A stretch of 64,000 bases of DNA from an uncultured Porphyromonadaceae bacterium (GTDB lineage: Bacteria > Bacteroidota > Bacteroidia > Bacteroidales > Barnesiellaceae_A): assembly GCA_900538705.1 (NCBI GenBank), contig UPZG01000001.1:193007-257006 (forward strand). The letters run 5' to 3'. The notes beneath the pieces are model-generated. The model had not been told where the DNA came from. It did no database searches and saw only the letters and a program-made list of their open reading frames with translations. A program made the position numbers and the translations under genes. Below, piece by piece: positions 44,319 to 56,525 of the stretch (positions are counted from its first letter, which is position 1; each line of letters begins with the position of its first letter).

Positions 44319-47300
44319 ATGTCTTCTACAACTGCTAAAGCGCGTATCAACTTCGCTTCAATAAAGAATCCGTTGCCCTATCCCGATTTCTTGGAAGTAC
44401 AGTTAAAGTCTTTCAAAGACTTCTTGCAGTTAGATACACCCCAAGAAAAGCGCAAAAATGAGGGCTTATATAAGGTATTTTCCGAAAATTTCCCCATTGC
44501 TGATACAAGGAACAGTTTTGTCCTTGAATTCTTAGATTATTATATTGATCCGCCTCGGTATACTATCGAGGAGTGTCTTGAGCGTGGCCTTACGTATAGT
44601 GTACCGCTAAAAGCCAAGCTCAAACTCTATTGTACGGACCCCGACCATGAAGACTTTGCGCCTGTTATTCAAGACGTTTATTTAGGCCCTATCCCCTATA
44701 TGACGGAGAAGGCAACGTTTGTCATCAATGGCGCCGAGCGTGTTGTTGTTTCGCAGTTGCACCGTTCGCCCGGCGTGTTCTTTGGCCAAAGTACACATGC
44801 CAATGGTACAAAGCTTTATTCGGCGCGTATCATCCCCTTCAAAGGCTCCTGGATTGAGTTTGCTACTGACATTAACAATGTCATGTATGCTTATATCGAC
44901 CGCAAAAAGAAATTGCCCGTAACCACCCTTTTGCGTGCCATCGGTTTTGAGAGCGACCGCGATATTCTTGAAATATTCGGTTTGGCAGAGGAAATGAAGG
45001 TTACTAAGACGAACCTTAAAAAGGCCATTGGCCGCAGAATGGCAGCGCGCGTACTCCGTACATGGGTAGAAGACTTCGTAGACGAAGATACCGGTGAGAT
45101 TTCTTCTATCACTCGTAACGACGTAGTTATTGAACGTGAAACTGTCCTTGAGGAGTCTCACATACAACTTATCCTCGACAGTGGCGTACAAAGCATCCTT
45201 CTTCACAAGGAAGATGCCAATACTTCTGATTATGCCATCATTTTCAATACTCTCCAAAAAGACTCCAGCAACTCTGAAAAAGAGGCTGTCGAATATATAT
45301 ATCACCAGTTGCGTAACGCCGACCCTGCCGACGAAGCAAGTGCCCGAGAGGTAATTACAAACCTTTTCTTCTCTGAAAAGAGATACGATTTGGGTGAGGT
45401 AGGGCGTTATCGCATCAATAAGAAACTCAATCTTTCTATCGACCCTAACATTAAGGTCCTTACGAAAGAAGATATTATAGAAATTATCAAGTACCTCATC
45501 GAGCTTATCAACTCTAAAACTGATGTTGATGATATCGACCACCTCAGCAACCGTCGTGTGCGTACGGTGGGCGAACAACTCTACAACCAGTTTGGTGTAG
45601 GCTTGGCGCGTATGGCTCGTACTATACGTGAACGCATGAATGTGCGTGACAATGAGGTATTCACACCTATCGACCTTATCAACGCCAAGACAGTTTCGTC
45701 GGTCATCAACAGCTTCTTCGGCACGAATGCCTTGTCGCAGTTTATGGACCAGACAAACCCTCTTGCCGAGATGACACACAAACGTCGTATGTCGGCATTA
45801 GGTCCTGGCGGTTTGTCGCGTGAGCGCGCAGGCTTTGAGGTGCGAGACGTACACTATACTCACTATGGTCGTCTTTGTCCTATTGAGACACCTGAAGGTC
45901 CTAACATCGGTCTTATTTCATCGCTTTGCGTATATGCCAAGATAAATGACCTCGGCTTTATAGAGACTCCTTATCGTGTGGTAAAGGATGGTAAGGTAAA
46001 CCTTAACAATGACGAAGTCGTTTACCTCACGGCCGAGGTGGAAGAGGGTCATGTCATTGCTCAAGGCAATGCTCCTCTTAATGACGATGGTACGTTTGTC
46101 AATAACCGTATCAAAGCTCGTCTTGATGCCGACTTCCCGTTGGCTACGCCCGACCAGGTGCAACTTATGGATGTGTCGCCTACGCAGATTGCATCTATTG
46201 CCGCATCGCTTATCCCATTCCTTGAGCACGACGATGCTAACCGTGCGTTGATGGGTTCAAACATGATGCGTCAGGCAGTACCTTTGTTGCGCAGCGAGTC
46301 GCCTATTGTAGGTACCGGTCTTGAAAGCCAGCTTATCCGTGACTCTCGTACGCAAATTACAGCTGAAGGCGATGGCGTTATTGAGTATGTCGATGCTACC
46401 ACCATCCGCATTCGTTACGACCGCACTCCCGAAGAGGAGTTTGTTTCTTTTGAAGATGCTGTTAAGGAATACCATATTCCCAAGTTCCGCAAAACAAACC
46501 AAAGTACTACTATCGACTTGCGTCCTATTTGTCACAAGGGACAACGTGTGACTCCGGGCGAAATCCTTACCGAAGGATATTCTACAGAGAACGGCGAGTT
46601 AGCACTCGGTCGTAACCTCAAAGTGGCATTCATGCCTTGGAAAGGTTACAACTACGAGGATGCTATCGTGCTCAACGAGCGCATGGTATGGGAAGATATT
46701 CTTACCTCGGTGCACGTCGATGAATATATACTTGAAGTGCGTGAGACAAAACGTGGTCTAGAGGAACTTACTTCTGATATTCCCAATGTGAGTGAAGATG
46801 CCACTAAAGACCTCGATGAAAACGGTGTTATCCGTGTAGGTGCCCGTGTAAATCCCGGCGATATCATGATAGGTAAGATTACGCCTAAGGGCGAGTCTGA
46901 CCCTTCTCCCGAGGAGAAACTGCTTCGTGCTATCTTTGGTGACAAGGCCGGCGATGTGAAAGATGCTTCGCTTAAGGCAACTCCTTCGCTGAAGGGTGTT
47001 GTTATAGGCACGCACATCTTCTCTAAGGCCATGAAGAAGAAAAAATCGCGTCTCAGCGACAAAGCCAAGTTGCAACAACTCGAAGATGAGTTTGAGGTGA
47101 AGATGAATAAGCTTAAAGACGTCCTGATCGACAAGCTTATGACTCTGACTTCTGGTAAGACTTCGCAAGGCGTCAAAGACTTTTTGGGTGACGACGTTGT
47201 ACCCAAGGGTGCCAAATTTACACAAGCTACACTTGCAAAAATAGATTATACTAGTGTACAGGTGAGCAAGTGGACCTCTGATGCTGCTAAGAACGACCTT

Positions 47301-48131
47301 ATTCGTGCCACTATTATCAATTACTTACGTAAATATAAGGAACTCGATGCTGAATTGCGCCGTCGTAAATTCGACGAATCGGTAGGCGATGAGTTGCCTC
47401 AAGGTATTGTACAACTTGCCAAGGTTTATATTGCCAAGAAACGCAAAATCAGCGTAGGAGACAAGATGGCCGGTCGTCACGGTAACAAAGGTATCGTGTC
47501 GCGGATTGTACGTCAGGAAGACATGCCTTTCCTTGCCGATGGTACTCCGGTAGATATAGTTCTTAACCCGCTGGGTGTGCCTTCACGTATGAACCTCGGA
47601 CAGATTTTTGAGACTGTTCTCGGTTGGGCAGGCCAAGTACTTGGCGAGAAATTTGCCACTCCTATTTTCGATGGAGCATCGCTCGACGACCTGAACGAAT
47701 GGACCGATAAAGCTGGCTTGCCCCGTTATGGTAAAACATACCTTTACGATGGTGGAACAGGTGAGCGCTTTGACCAACCTGCTACTGTGGGTGTCATATA
47801 CATGCTTAAGCTCGGGCACATGGTAGAAGATAAGATGCACGCACGTTCTATAGGTCCGTACTCGCTTATAACGCAACAACCTCTTGGTGGTAAAGCTCAA
47901 TTTGGTGGTCAGCGTTTTGGAGAGATGGAGGTATGGGCACTCGAGGCCTTTGGTGCTTCGCACGTGCTGCAAGAGATTCTTACCATCAAGAGTGACGATG
48001 TTGTAGGTCGTTCTAAGGCTTATGAAGCTATTGTTAAGGGCGAGCCTATGCCTACACCGGGCATACCCGAGTCGCTCAATGTGCTTCTCCATGAGTTACG
48101 AGGTCTTGGACTGAGCATATCTCTGGATTAA
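44319..48131 (+). CDS. rpoB: DNA-directed RNA polymerase subunit beta
   Basis: 1270 aa. Start moved to the ATG ([16 protein letters not shown]) at 44319, because the track's 15-codon extension begins inside the terminator tail. Confidence 0.98.
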   Translation: MSSTTAKARINFASIKNPLPYPDFLEVQLKSFKDFLQLDTPQEKRKNEGLYKVFSENFPIADTRNSFVLEFLDYYIDPPRYTIEECLERGLTYSVPLKAKLKLYCTDPDHEDFAPVIQDVYLGPIPYMTEKATFVINGAERVVVSQLHRSPGVFFGQSTHANGTKLYSARIIPFKGSWIEFATDINNVMYAYIDRKKKLPVTTLLRAIGFESDRDILEIFGLAEEMKVTKTNLKKAIGRRMAARVLRTWVEDFVDEDTGEISSITRNDVVIERETVLEESHIQLILDSGVQSILLHKEDANTSDYAIIFNTLQKDSSNSEKEAVEYIYHQLRNADPADEASAREVITNLFFSEKRYDLGEVGRYRINKKLNLSIDPNIKVLTKEDIIEIIKYLIELINSKTDVDDIDHLSNRRVRTVGEQLYNQFGVGLARMARTIRERMNVRDNEVFTPIDLINAKTVSSVINSFFGTNALSQFMDQTNPLAEMTHKRRMSALGPGGLSRERAGFEVRDVHYTHYGRLCPIETPEGPNIGLISSLCVYAKINDLGFIETPYRVVKDGKVNLNNDEVVYLTAEVEEGHVIAQGNAPLNDDGTFVNNRIKARLDADFPLATPDQVQLMDVSPTQIASIAASLIPFLEHDDANRALMGSNMMRQAVPLLRSESPIVGTGLESQLIRDSRTQITAEGDGVIEYVDATTIRIRYDRTPEEEFVSFEDAVKEYHIPKFRKTNQSTTIDLRPICHKGQRVTPGEILTEGYSTENGELALGRNLKVAFMPWKGYNYEDAIVLNERMVWEDILTSVHVDEYILEVRETKRGLEELTSDIPNVSEDATKDLDENGVIRVGARVNPGDIMIGKITPKGESDPSPEEKLLRAIFGDKAGDVKDASLKATPSLKGVVIGTHIFSKAMKKKKSRLSDKAKLQQLEDEFEVKMNKLKDVLIDKLMTLTSGKTSQGVKDFLGDDVVPKGAKFTQATLAKIDYTSVQVSKWTSDAAKNDLIRATIINYLRKYKELDAELRRRKFDESVGDELPQGIVQLAKVYIAKKRKISVGDKMAGRHGNKGIVSRIVRQEDMPFLADGTPVDIVLNPLGVPSRMNLGQIFETVLGWAGQVLGEKFATPIFDGASLDDLNEWTDKAGLPRYGKTYLYDGGTGERFDQPATVGVIYMLKLGHMVEDKMHARSIGPYSLITQQPLGGKAQFGGQRFGEMEVWALEAFGASHVLQEILTIKSDDVVGRSKAYEAIVKGEPMPTPGIPESLNVLLHELRGLGLSISLD

Positions 48132-48142
48132 TACTATAAATT

Positions 48143-48177
48143 CTTCTCCGGCTCTGTTCCTCAGAGCGGGAGAAGAT
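48143..48177 (+). other. rpoB-rpoC intergenic hairpin without a U-tract
   Basis: The arms tcttctccggctctg and cagagcgggagaaga form 8 + 6 bp with one G-G mismatch and a 5-nt loop. No T-run follows. Confidence 0.4.
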
Positions 48178-48214
48178 TCATTAACCACAACAACTCTTTA
48201 TATACAAAGATAAT

Positions 48215-51200
48215 ATGGCTTTCAGAAGAGATAATAAAATAAAGAGTAACTTCTCGAAAATATCGATAGGTTTGGCTTCTCCCGAAGAGATTCTCGAAAA
48301 TTCGAGCGGTGAAGTATTAAAACCCGAAACTATTAACTATCGTACCTATAAGCCCGAGCGCGACGGATTGTTCTGCGAGCGCATTTTCGGTCCTGTTAAG
48401 GATTACGAGTGTCATTGTGGTAAATACAAACGTATTCGCTACAAAGGTATCGTGTGCGATCGTTGCGGTGTGGAAGTTACCGAGAAGAAAGTTCGTCGCG
48501 AGCGTATGGGACACATACAGCTCGTTGTGCCTGTGGCACACATTTGGTATTTCCGTTCGTTGCCCAATAAGATAGGCTATCTCTTGGGTATGCCCAGCAA
48601 AAAACTCGATGCTGTTATATATTATGAGCGCTATGTCGTGATACAACCCGGTATCCAGACCGATTTGGCTACCTACGATCTTCTTTCAGAAGAAGAGTAT
48701 CTCGACATCATGGATAAACTTCCGCGCGAGAATCAGATGCTCGACGATAGCGACCCCAATAAATTTATTGCAAAAATGGGTGCCGAGGCCATCTATGACC
48801 TCTTGGCTCGTCTTGACCTCGATAGCCTTTCATACGAGTTGCGTCATCGTGCCAATACCGATGGCTCACAGCAACGTAAGACAGAAGCGCTCAAACGCCT
48901 TCAGGTGGTAGAGGCTTTCCGTTCTTCTAAGGACCGGAACCGTCCCGAGTGGATGATATTGAAGGTTATTCCCGTAATTCCTCCCGAATTACGTCCTTTG
49001 GTACCCCTCGATGGCGGACGTTTTGCTACATCTGACCTTAACGACCTTTATCGTCGCGTCATCATACGTAATAATCGTTTGAAACGTCTTCTTGAGATAA
49101 AGGCTCCCGAGGTTATTCTCCGTAACGAGAAGCGTATGTTGCAAGAGGCTGTCGATTCGTTGCTCGACAACTCTCGCAAGTCGAGTGCCGTAAAGACCGA
49201 GGCTAATCGTCCGCTGAAGTCTTTGTCAGATAGCCTCAAAGGTAAGCAAGGCCGTTTCCGCCAGAATCTGTTGGGTAAACGTGTTGACTACTCGGCACGT
49301 TCGGTTATCGTTGTAGGTCCTGAGCTGAAGATGCATGAGTGCGGTCTTCCTAAAGATATGGCAGCAGAGCTTTACAAGCCGTTTATCATTCGTAAACTCA
49401 TCGAGCGTGGTATTGTAAAGACTGTGAAGTCGGCTAAGAAAATTGTCGATCGTAAAGGCCCTGAAGTATGGGACATCCTCGAGCATGTGATGCGTGGACA
49501 TCCGGTACTTCTCAACCGTGCCCCTACATTGCACCGCTTGGGTATTCAAGCATTCCAACCTAAGATGATTGAGGGTAAAGCTATTCAATTGCACCCTCTG
49601 GCATGTACCGCATTCAATGCCGACTTCGATGGTGACCAAATGGCCGTACACTTGCCACTTGGCAACGAAGCTATCCTGGAGGCTCAGTTGCTCATGTTAG
49701 GTTCGCATAATATTCTTAACCCTGCAAATGGTGCCCCTATTACCGTGCCTTCGCAAGACATGGTACTTGGTTTGTATTATATCACTAAGCTTCGTCCGGG
49801 TACAAAAGGCGAAGGCTTGAAATTCTACGGGCCCGAGGAGGCAGAGATTGCATATAATGAAGGAAAGGTAGACTTGCACGCTCCGGTATCGGTTATTGTT
49901 AAAGATATTGACGCTGATGGTAATCCTATCGAACACATGGTAGAGAATACCTCGGTAGGTCGTGTGTTGGTTAACCAATATGTTCCCGATGAAATAGGTT
50001 ATGTCAACGAAATCCTGTCGAAGAAATCGTTGCGTAACATCATCAGCAAGGTTATTAAGGTTTGTGGTGTGACACGTTCGGCCCAATTCCTCGATGACAT
50101 CAAGAACCTGGGATACTATATGGCATTCAAGGGCGGTTTGTCGTTCAACTTGGGCGACGTTATTATCCCGCCAGAGAAAGAAATGCTTGTTAAGGAAGGC
50201 TATGCTGAGGTAGAGCAGATTATGGCTAACTATAGCATGGGTTTCATTACCAATAACGAGCGTTACAACCAGATTATCGATACATGGACTCACGTCAACT
50301 CCAACCTATCGAACATCCTCATGAAGCAGCTCTCAGAAGACAACCAAGGCTTCAACTCTGTATTCATGATGCTCGACTCTGGAGCTCGTGGTTCTAAAGA
50401 CCAGATTCGTCAGCTCTCCGGTATGCGTGGTCTGATGGCCAAGCCTCAGAAAGCTGGTGCTGAAGGTGGTCAAATCATTGAGAACCCTATTTTGGCAAAC
50501 TTCAAAGAAGGTTTGTCGGTGCTCGAGTACTTCATCTCTACTCACGGTGCCCGTAAAGGTCTTGCCGATACCGCATTGAAGACAGCCGACGCCGGTTACC
50601 TGACTCGTCGTCTGGTCGATGTAGCACACGATGTGATTATCACTGAAGAGGATTGCGGTACGTTGCGTGGCTTGGTTTGCACCGAGATAAAAGACAACGA
50701 GAACGTAGTAGCTACTCTCAGTGAACGCATATTGGGACGTGTTTCTGTACACGATGTGCAACATCCTATCACCGGCGAAATTTTGGTACATGCTGGGGAA
50801 GAGATTACCGAGGCAATAGCCCAAAAGATAGAAGAATCGCCCATAGAACGTGTAGAGATACGTTCGGTGCTCACCTGCGAGTCGAAGAAAGGCGTGTGTG
50901 CCAAATGTTATGGCCGCAACCTTGCCAATAACCGCATGGTACAGAAGGGTGAGGCTGTGGGCGTGATAGCTGCTCAGTCTATCGGTGAGCCTGGTACACA
51001 GCTTACATTGCGTACGTTCCACGTCGGTGGTGTAGCATCAAATATTGCAGCCGTATCTAACGTAACATCGCGTTACGACGGTATCCTCGAAATTGAGGAG
51101 CTTCGTACGGTCGACTATATAGGTGACGATGGTAGCAAGCAGATGATTGTTGTAGGTCGTTTGGCCGAAATGCGTATCGTCGATCCTAATACCAAGATGG

Positions 51201-52483
51201 TGCTTACTGCAGCCAATATACCTTATGGTTCGAAACTTTTCTTCAACAACGGCGATGCCGTAAAGAAAGGCGACATAATATGCGAATGGGACCCCTTCAA
51301 CGCCGTTATCATTTCAGAGGCTACTGGTAAGGTTGTTTTTGAAAATGTAGAAGAAGGTGTTACATACCGTGTAGAAAGTGACGAGACGACCGGTCTGCGC
51401 GAGAAAATTATCATTGAGTCGAAAGACCGTACCCGCGTGCCGGCTGCTACTGTGGTAGATGAAAACGGCGAGGTATTACGTACATATTCGCTCCCTGTAG
51501 GTGCTCACTTGATGATAGAAGAGGGATATAAACTCCGTGCCGGTGAGGTATTCGTCAAAATACCTCGTGCACAAGGTAAGGCAGGTGATATCACCGGTGG
51601 TCTGCCTCGTGTTACAGAGCTCTTTGAGGCTCGTAATCCCTCTAATCCCGCTATTGTTTCGGAGATTGACGGTGAGATTCACTTCGGAAAGATAAAACGT
51701 GGTAATCGTGAAATATCGGTTGAGTCGAAGACTGGTGAGGTGAAGAAATATCTTGTTCCTCTCTCGAAGCAAATATTGGTACAAGAGAACGACTATGTTC
51801 GTGCCGGAACGCCCCTCTCCGATGGTGCTATCACGCCTGCCGATATTTTGGCCATCAAAGGTCCTACGGCTGTGCAAGAGTATATCGTCAATGAGGTACA
51901 AGATGTGTACCGTATGCAAGGTGTGAAAATCAATGATAAGCACTTTGAGGTTATTGTGCGTCAGATGATGCGCAAGGTCAACATCCTCGACCCGGGCGAT
52001 ACTCGCTTCCTTGAGCAACAAGTAGTAGACAAGCGCGAGTTTATGGACGAGAATGATCGTATTTGGGGTAAGAAAGTCGTTACTGATCCCGGTGACTCTC
52101 AAAACCTGAAGGCAGGTCAGATTGTGACGGCTCGTCGTCTCCGCGACGAAAACTCATCGTTGAAACGTCGCGACCTTCGTCCTGTAGAAGTACGTGATGC
52201 TATTCCTGCAACCTCAGAACAGATTCTGCAAGGTATCACACGTGCTGCTCTGCAAACTTCGAGCTTCATGTCGGCTGCATCGTTCCAGGAGACTACCAAA
52301 GTACTTAACGAGGCAGCTATCCTTGGTAAGACCGACTATTTGGAGGGTATGAAAGAGAACGTTATTTGCGGACACCTCATCCCTGCCGGTACCGGCTTGC
52401 GCGAGTATGACAAACTTATCGTTGGCTCGAAAGAAGACTTTGAGCGCAGTATGGCCAATCGCAAAACTGTAACAGATTTCTGA
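48215..52483 (+). CDS. rpoC: DNA-directed RNA polymerase subunit beta prime
   Basis: 1422 aa with the zinc-binding [20 protein letters not shown] and the catalytic NADFDGDQM motif. Confidence 0.98.
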   Translation: MAFRRDNKIKSNFSKISIGLASPEEILENSSGEVLKPETINYRTYKPERDGLFCERIFGPVKDYECHCGKYKRIRYKGIVCDRCGVEVTEKKVRRERMGHIQLVVPVAHIWYFRSLPNKIGYLLGMPSKKLDAVIYYERYVVIQPGIQTDLATYDLLSEEEYLDIMDKLPRENQMLDDSDPNKFIAKMGAEAIYDLLARLDLDSLSYELRHRANTDGSQQRKTEALKRLQVVEAFRSSKDRNRPEWMILKVIPVIPPELRPLVPLDGGRFATSDLNDLYRRVIIRNNRLKRLLEIKAPEVILRNEKRMLQEAVDSLLDNSRKSSAVKTEANRPLKSLSDSLKGKQGRFRQNLLGKRVDYSARSVIVVGPELKMHECGLPKDMAAELYKPFIIRKLIERGIVKTVKSAKKIVDRKGPEVWDILEHVMRGHPVLLNRAPTLHRLGIQAFQPKMIEGKAIQLHPLACTAFNADFDGDQMAVHLPLGNEAILEAQLLMLGSHNILNPANGAPITVPSQDMVLGLYYITKLRPGTKGEGLKFYGPEEAEIAYNEGKVDLHAPVSVIVKDIDADGNPIEHMVENTSVGRVLVNQYVPDEIGYVNEILSKKSLRNIISKVIKVCGVTRSAQFLDDIKNLGYYMAFKGGLSFNLGDVIIPPEKEMLVKEGYAEVEQIMANYSMGFITNNERYNQIIDTWTHVNSNLSNILMKQLSEDNQGFNSVFMMLDSGARGSKDQIRQLSGMRGLMAKPQKAGAEGGQIIENPILANFKEGLSVLEYFISTHGARKGLADTALKTADAGYLTRRLVDVAHDVIITEEDCGTLRGLVCTEIKDNENVVATLSERILGRVSVHDVQHPITGEILVHAGEEITEAIAQKIEESPIERVEIRSVLTCESKKGVCAKCYGRNLANNRMVQKGEAVGVIAAQSIGEPGTQLTLRTFHVGGVASNIAAVSNVTSRYDGILEIEELRTVDYIGDDGSKQMIVVGRLAEMRIVDPNTKMVLTAANIPYGSKLFFNNGDAVKKGDIICEWDPFNAVIISEATGKVVFENVEEGVTYRVESDETTGLREKIIIESKDRTRVPAATVVDENGEVLRTYSLPVGAHLMIEEGYKLRAGEVFVKIPRAQGKAGDITGGLPRVTELFEARNPSNPAIVSEIDGEIHFGKIKRGNREISVESKTGEVKKYLVPLSKQILVQENDYVRAGTPLSDGAITPADILAIKGPTAVQEYIVNEVQDVYRMQGVKINDKHFEVIVRQMMRKVNILDPGDTRFLEQQVVDKREFMDENDRIWGKKVVTDPGDSQNLKAGQIVTARRLRDENSSLKRRDLRPVEVRDAIPATSEQILQGITRAALQTSSFMSAASFQETTKVLNEAAILGKTDYLEGMKENVICGHLIPAGTGLREYDKLIVGSKEDFERSMANRKTVTDF

Positions 52484-52524
52484 TTGTAGCTACATAAGTA
52501 GTTCACAAGCATACACAAACTGGG

Positions 52525-52564
52525 CAAAGGGCTGTGTCGAATAAATTTCCGGCACAGCCCTTTG
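52525..52564 (+). terminator. Hairpin after rpoC (probable terminator)
   Basis: A perfect 12-bp stem pairs caaagggctgtg (52525-52536) with cacagccctttg (52553-52564), with a 16-nt loop. The downstream T content is weak. Confidence 0.5.
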
Positions 52565-52636
52565 TGGTATGTAGAGTGTATTAGATTTATCCTTTAAACA
52601 ATATGGTAAAAAGGGTTGTTCTTCTGCCTATTTTCG

Positions 52637-52644
52637 TATCTTTG
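52637..52644 (+). promoter_or_regulatory. Candidate -7 box TATCTTTG upstream of the fumarate hydratase gene
   Basis: Matches TAnnTTTG, 45 nt upstream of the ATG at 52689. Confidence 0.45.
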
Positions 52645-52688
52645 CACTACAAAAAGATTGTTTGTAACCTTAATAATTCAATGCTGTT

Positions 52689-54341
52689 ATGGCAACAAAA
52701 CCTTTTAAGTATCAACCCCTTTTTCCGATGGTAACACCTGATGACACAGAGTATTACCTCCTTACGAAAGATTACGTCTCTGTAACCGAATGCAACGGTA
52801 AGGAGATGCTTGTTGTTGAGCCCGAGGCCTTAACGCGCCTTGCCAATGCTGCTATGCGCGACGTCTCGTTCTTGTTGCGCCGTAAGCACAACGAGATGGT
52901 GGCTAAAATCTTGCACGATCCCGAGGCCAGTGAGAACGATAAATTTGTAGCGCTTACCATGTTGCGCAATGCCGAAGTGGCAAGTAAGGGCGTGTTGCCT
53001 TTCTGTCAGGATACGGGTACTGCTATCGTTATGGGCAAAAAGGGTCAACAAGTATGGACCGGCGGCGGTGATGAGGAGGCTCTTTCACTGGGCGTTTATA
53101 AAACTTATACTGAAGAAAATCTTCGTTATTCCCAAAATGCACCGCTCGATATGTATCGCGAGGTGAATACCGGTTGCAACCTGCCGGCACAAATCGATTT
53201 GTTCGCCGTAGACGGTATGGAGTATAATTTCCTTTTTATGGCCAAAGGTGGTGGCTCTGCCAACAAAACATACCTTTATCAGGAAACAAAGGCTCTTATC
53301 AATCCCAAAACATTGGTACCCTTCCTTGTTGAGAAAATGAAGACTTTGGGTACGGCTGCTTGTCCGCCCTATCATATTGCCTTTGTTATTGGTGGTACAT
53401 CGGCCGAGATGAATCTGAAAACGGTTAAGTTGGCTTCAGCTAAATATTATGACCGTTTGCCTACCGAAGGCAACGAGTGGGGACAGGCTTTCCGCGACAT
53501 AGAACTCGAGAAAGAGGTGTTGGCAGCAGCTCAAGCTTCGGGCTTTGGCGCACAATTTGGTGGCAAATATTTTGCTCACGATATTCGCATTATCCGCTTG
53601 CCCCGTCACGGAGCTTCTTGTCCTGTAGGTATGGGTGTATCTTGCTCGGCCGACCGCAATATCAAGGCTAAAATTAACAAAGATGGTCTTTGGATAGAAC
53701 GCCTTGACGACCAACCCGGTACTCTTATTCCTGAAGAGCTTCGCCAAGCCGGTGAGGGTAATGCTGTAAAGATAGACCTTAACCGTCCTATGCCAGAGAT
53801 TCTTGCCGAACTTGCAAAATATCCGGTAGCTACGCGACTCTCTCTTAATGGTACAATTATCGTTGGTCGCGATATTGCCCATGCCAAAATAAAAGAGCGT
53901 CTTGATGCCGGCGAACCTATGCCTGAGTATCTTAAGAATCATCCTATTTATTATGCCGGTCCGGCAAAGACTCCGGCAGGAATGCCGTCGGGTTCGTTCG
54001 GGCCTACGACTGCCGGGCGTATGGACCCCTATGTCGACTTGTTCCAGTCGAAGGGTGGCTCTATGGTAATGATCGCCAAAGGTAACCGTAGCCAGCAAGT
54101 TACCGATGCTTGCAAGAAGCATGGAGGTTTCTATTTGGGTAGCATAGGTGGCCCTGCTGCAATTTTGGCACAAAATAGTATCAAGAAAGTAGAGTGTCTC
54201 GAATATCCTGAATTGGGAATGGAAGCTATTTGGAAAATAGAAGTACAAGATTTCCCCGCCTTTATTTTAGTAGATAACAAAGGAAACGATTTCTTCAAGC
54301 AACTTAAACCTGTTTGTCCGCTCAATACTCCGTCGAAATAA
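52689..54341 (+). CDS. Class I (Fe-S dependent) fumarate hydratase
   Basis: 550 aa, a fused alpha/beta-type hydro-lyase, with [14 protein letters not shown] and GGGSANK motifs and the C-terminal beta domain (...GRMD...GKG.R...). Confidence 0.92.
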   Translation: MATKPFKYQPLFPMVTPDDTEYYLLTKDYVSVTECNGKEMLVVEPEALTRLANAAMRDVSFLLRRKHNEMVAKILHDPEASENDKFVALTMLRNAEVASKGVLPFCQDTGTAIVMGKKGQQVWTGGGDEEALSLGVYKTYTEENLRYSQNAPLDMYREVNTGCNLPAQIDLFAVDGMEYNFLFMAKGGGSANKTYLYQETKALINPKTLVPFLVEKMKTLGTAACPPYHIAFVIGGTSAEMNLKTVKLASAKYYDRLPTEGNEWGQAFRDIELEKEVLAAAQASGFGAQFGGKYFAHDIRIIRLPRHGASCPVGMGVSCSADRNIKAKINKDGLWIERLDDQPGTLIPEELRQAGEGNAVKIDLNRPMPEILAELAKYPVATRLSLNGTIIVGRDIAHAKIKERLDAGEPMPEYLKNHPIYYAGPAKTPAGMPSGSFGPTTAGRMDPYVDLFQSKGGSMVMIAKGNRSQQVTDACKKHGGFYLGSIGGPAAILAQNSIKKVECLEYPELGMEAIWKIEVQDFPAFILVDNKGNDFFKQLKPVCPLNTPSK

Positions 54342-54403
54342 CTTCTCAGAAAGAGAGAATATTATTGGCAGATTATAGGAAAGAGGAATAGACTATATTA
54401 TTG

Positions 54404-54436
54404 CAGAGCCGCGGAATTCCGCGGCTCTGTTGTTTG
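54404..54436 (+). terminator. Rho-independent terminator after the fumarate hydratase gene
   Basis: A perfect 11-bp GC-rich stem (cagagccgcgg aatt ccgcggctctg, 54404-54429) is followed by TTGTTTG. Confidence 0.75.
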
Positions 54437-54632
54437 AATGAGGGAGATATAGATATATGAGTCGTAACATGAAAGCATAGGCTCTGTTGCATGATTCCAG
54501 CGGTTTGTATAGTCAATATCGCGGGTTGATGGCCGCCATGTTGCATTGTTTTGGTATTGTGGCTGTTGGGTGAGGGCGTATTTTTGTTGAACGAGCTGAC
54601 GATAAATATATATATTTTCCGTAAGTTTGTTG

Positions 54633-54640
54633 TACATTTG
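54633..54640 (+). promoter_or_regulatory. Candidate -7 box TACATTTG upstream of the bifunctional nuclease gene
   Basis: Matches TAnnTTTG, 41 nt upstream of the ATG at 54681. Confidence 0.4.
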
Positions 54641-54680
54641 CGTGATAAAAACTTGCAAGGTGGAAGAGACGAAGATAAAG

Positions 54681-55244
54681 ATGAAGGTTTTAGGCATTGT
54701 CTACAGCCGCATTCAGCAGGGAGCATATATGTTGGTGCTGGCTCAGGAAGGGACAATGCGGCGTATCCCTATTGTGATAGGAGCTGCCGAGGCTCAGTCT
54801 ATTGCAATCAGACTCGAAAATCTTGTACCGCCTCGTCCTATGACGCACGACCTTTTTGTCAGTTTTGCCCATGCTTTTGGCATACGTTTAATAGAGGTAT
54901 TCATCTATCGGTTTTCCGAAGGAATATTCTATTCGGAATTACTTTTTAGTGATGGAGAGCGTGAAATACGCATAGACTCACGTACATCCGACGCTATAGC
55001 CATAGCAATGCGTACGCAGGCACCTATATATACGACTCCCGAGATTCTGGAGCGCGCAGGCTTCAATTCCTCAGAGATAGAGGCCAATGAAGAATCGGCC
55101 GAGACTCCGGTACGCAGTTTAGACGAGCTCGATACCGAAGAACTGCAAGAACGGCTCGAAAAGGCTGTGGCCGATGAGGCATATGAAGATGCTGCCCTCA
55201 TTCAGAAGATACTTGATGGCCGGAAAGAGAATAATAAACAATGA
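54681..55244 (+). CDS. Bifunctional nuclease (BFN) family protein with a C-terminal UVR motif
   Basis: Shows the BFN-domain pattern RRIPIVIGAAEAQSIAIRLE...PRPMTHDL...DSRTSDAIAIAMR plus a C-terminal UvrB/C-like EELQERLEKAVADEAYEDAALIQKIL. Start moved to the ATG (MKVLGIV) at 54681. Confidence 0.8.
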   Translation: MKVLGIVYSRIQQGAYMLVLAQEGTMRRIPIVIGAAEAQSIAIRLENLVPPRPMTHDLFVSFAHAFGIRLIEVFIYRFSEGIFYSELLFSDGEREIRIDSRTSDAIAIAMRTQAPIYTTPEILERAGFNSSEIEANEESAETPVRSLDELDTEELQERLEKAVADEAYEDAALIQKILDGRKENNKQ

Positions 55245-55256
55245 AAAACATACAGT

Positions 55257-56507
55257 ATGAATAACATTAAGCTACGTCTTATAGTGATGAATTTTCTCCA
55301 GTTCTTTATCTGGGGATCGTGGTTGTGCACATTGGGCCTTTATATGACGACACCTGTCAGTGAGGGTGGCTTGGATTTTGACGGACAGTTGGTAGGTAGC
55401 GTTTTTGCTCTTTCGGGTATCGCATCTCTTGTGATGCCGGGACTTATGGGTATTCTTTCTGATAAGAAAATAAATGCCGAACGACTTATGGGTATCTTGC
55501 ACCTTTTCGGCGCTTGTGCTCTTTTGTTTGCTGCATTTGCTACTGATTATGATTCTTTCAAGATTGCAATGCTTGTCAATATGTTGGCTTACATGCCTAC
55601 ACTGTCGCTTTCTTATACGGTGGCATATAATGCTATCGATAAAGCCGGCCTAGACAGGGTTAAAGACTATCCTCCCGTGCGAGTATGGGGTACGGTAGGT
55701 TTTATTATGGCGATGTGGATTGATAATTTTACAGGTTTCAGTTCCAATAACGGACAACTTATCATGGCTGCTGTTGCGGCTGTTATCATGGGTATATATT
55801 GCTTTACCCTCCCTCCATGTCCACCAGCCAATGCAATGAAAAACAGAGGAATACTCTCTATGTTCGGATTAGATGCGTTGGCTCTTTTCAAAAACTACCG
55901 TACGGCGGTTTTTCTGATTTTTTCCTTTTTGTTGGGGGCAGCCTTGCAGGTCACCAATATGTATGGCGTTCCATTCCTCGATAGCTTCAAGGCAACTCAT
56001 CCCGATGCGTGGGCTGTGAAGTATTCGGTAATACTTTCATCGCTTTCACAGGTATCGGAGACACTCTTTATTTTGGCTATTCCTTTCTTTATGGGGCGGT
56101 ATGGTATCAAGAAAGTGATGCTCATCAGTTTTGCTGCATGGGCGTTGCGTTTCGGATTCTTTGCCATAGGCTCTCCCGAAAGCATATATGCTGTATTCCT
56201 TGTTCTTTCGATGGTAGTTTACGGTATGGCATTTGATTTCTTCAACATATCAGGTTCGCTGTTTATTGCCGAAGAGGCTCCTCAAGATATCAAAGCGAGT
56301 GCACAGGGTATTTTCATGATGATGACCAATGGATTGGGTTCTATAGCAGGAGGCTATGGAGCAGGTTGGGTAATCAACAGGTTCAGTGTTGACGGAGTAG
56401 TGACAAACTGGTCGGCATGCTGGGCAATCTTTGCATCTTATGCTTTGATAATAGGAATCCTTTTTGCAGTGACATTCCATTATAAATATCAACCTCGTAA
56501 ACAGTAA
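55257..56507 (+). CDS. Nucleoside permease, NupG/XapB-type MFS transporter
   Basis: 416 aa, polytopic. The N-terminus LRLIVMNFLQFFIWGSWLCTLGLYM closely follows the NupG-family signature. Confidence 0.85.
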   Translation: MNNIKLRLIVMNFLQFFIWGSWLCTLGLYMTTPVSEGGLDFDGQLVGSVFALSGIASLVMPGLMGILSDKKINAERLMGILHLFGACALLFAAFATDYDSFKIAMLVNMLAYMPTLSLSYTVAYNAIDKAGLDRVKDYPPVRVWGTVGFIMAMWIDNFTGFSSNNGQLIMAAVAAVIMGIYCFTLPPCPPANAMKNRGILSMFGLDALALFKNYRTAVFLIFSFLLGAALQVTNMYGVPFLDSFKATHPDAWAVKYSVILSSLSQVSETLFILAIPFFMGRYGIKKVMLISFAAWALRFGFFAIGSPESIYAVFLVLSMVVYGMAFDFFNISGSLFIAEEAPQDIKASAQGIFMMMTNGLGSIAGGYGAGWVINRFSVDGVVTNWSACWAIFASYALIIGILFAVTFHYKYQPRKQ

Positions 56508-56525
56508 CACTCAAACAAGCTCGCA

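Noticed and set aside
44682-45779. 365-aa ORF antisense to rpoB. Similar antisense ORFs are at 46652..47215 and 47583..48092 (in rpoB) and 49697..50293, 50333..51022 and 51476..52102 (in rpoC)
   Set aside because: These are shadow ORFs inside rpoB/rpoC with no independent start context or protein-like motifs.
53436-54248. 270-aa ORF antisense to the fumarate hydratase gene
   Set aside because: A shadow ORF. The plus-strand product has clear class I fumarase motifs along its full length.
54373-54756. 127-aa and 99-aa minus-strand ORFs in the fumarase/BFN intergenic region. A TGTTGCAT 8-mer also occurs twice, at about 54484 and about 54537
   Set aside because: The ORFs run through the fumarase terminator hairpin and into the BFN gene start, and they lack any recognisable protein features. 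The 8-mer repeat is too short to interpret. The roughly 240-nt gap could hold a small RNA, but I have no sequence evidence for one.
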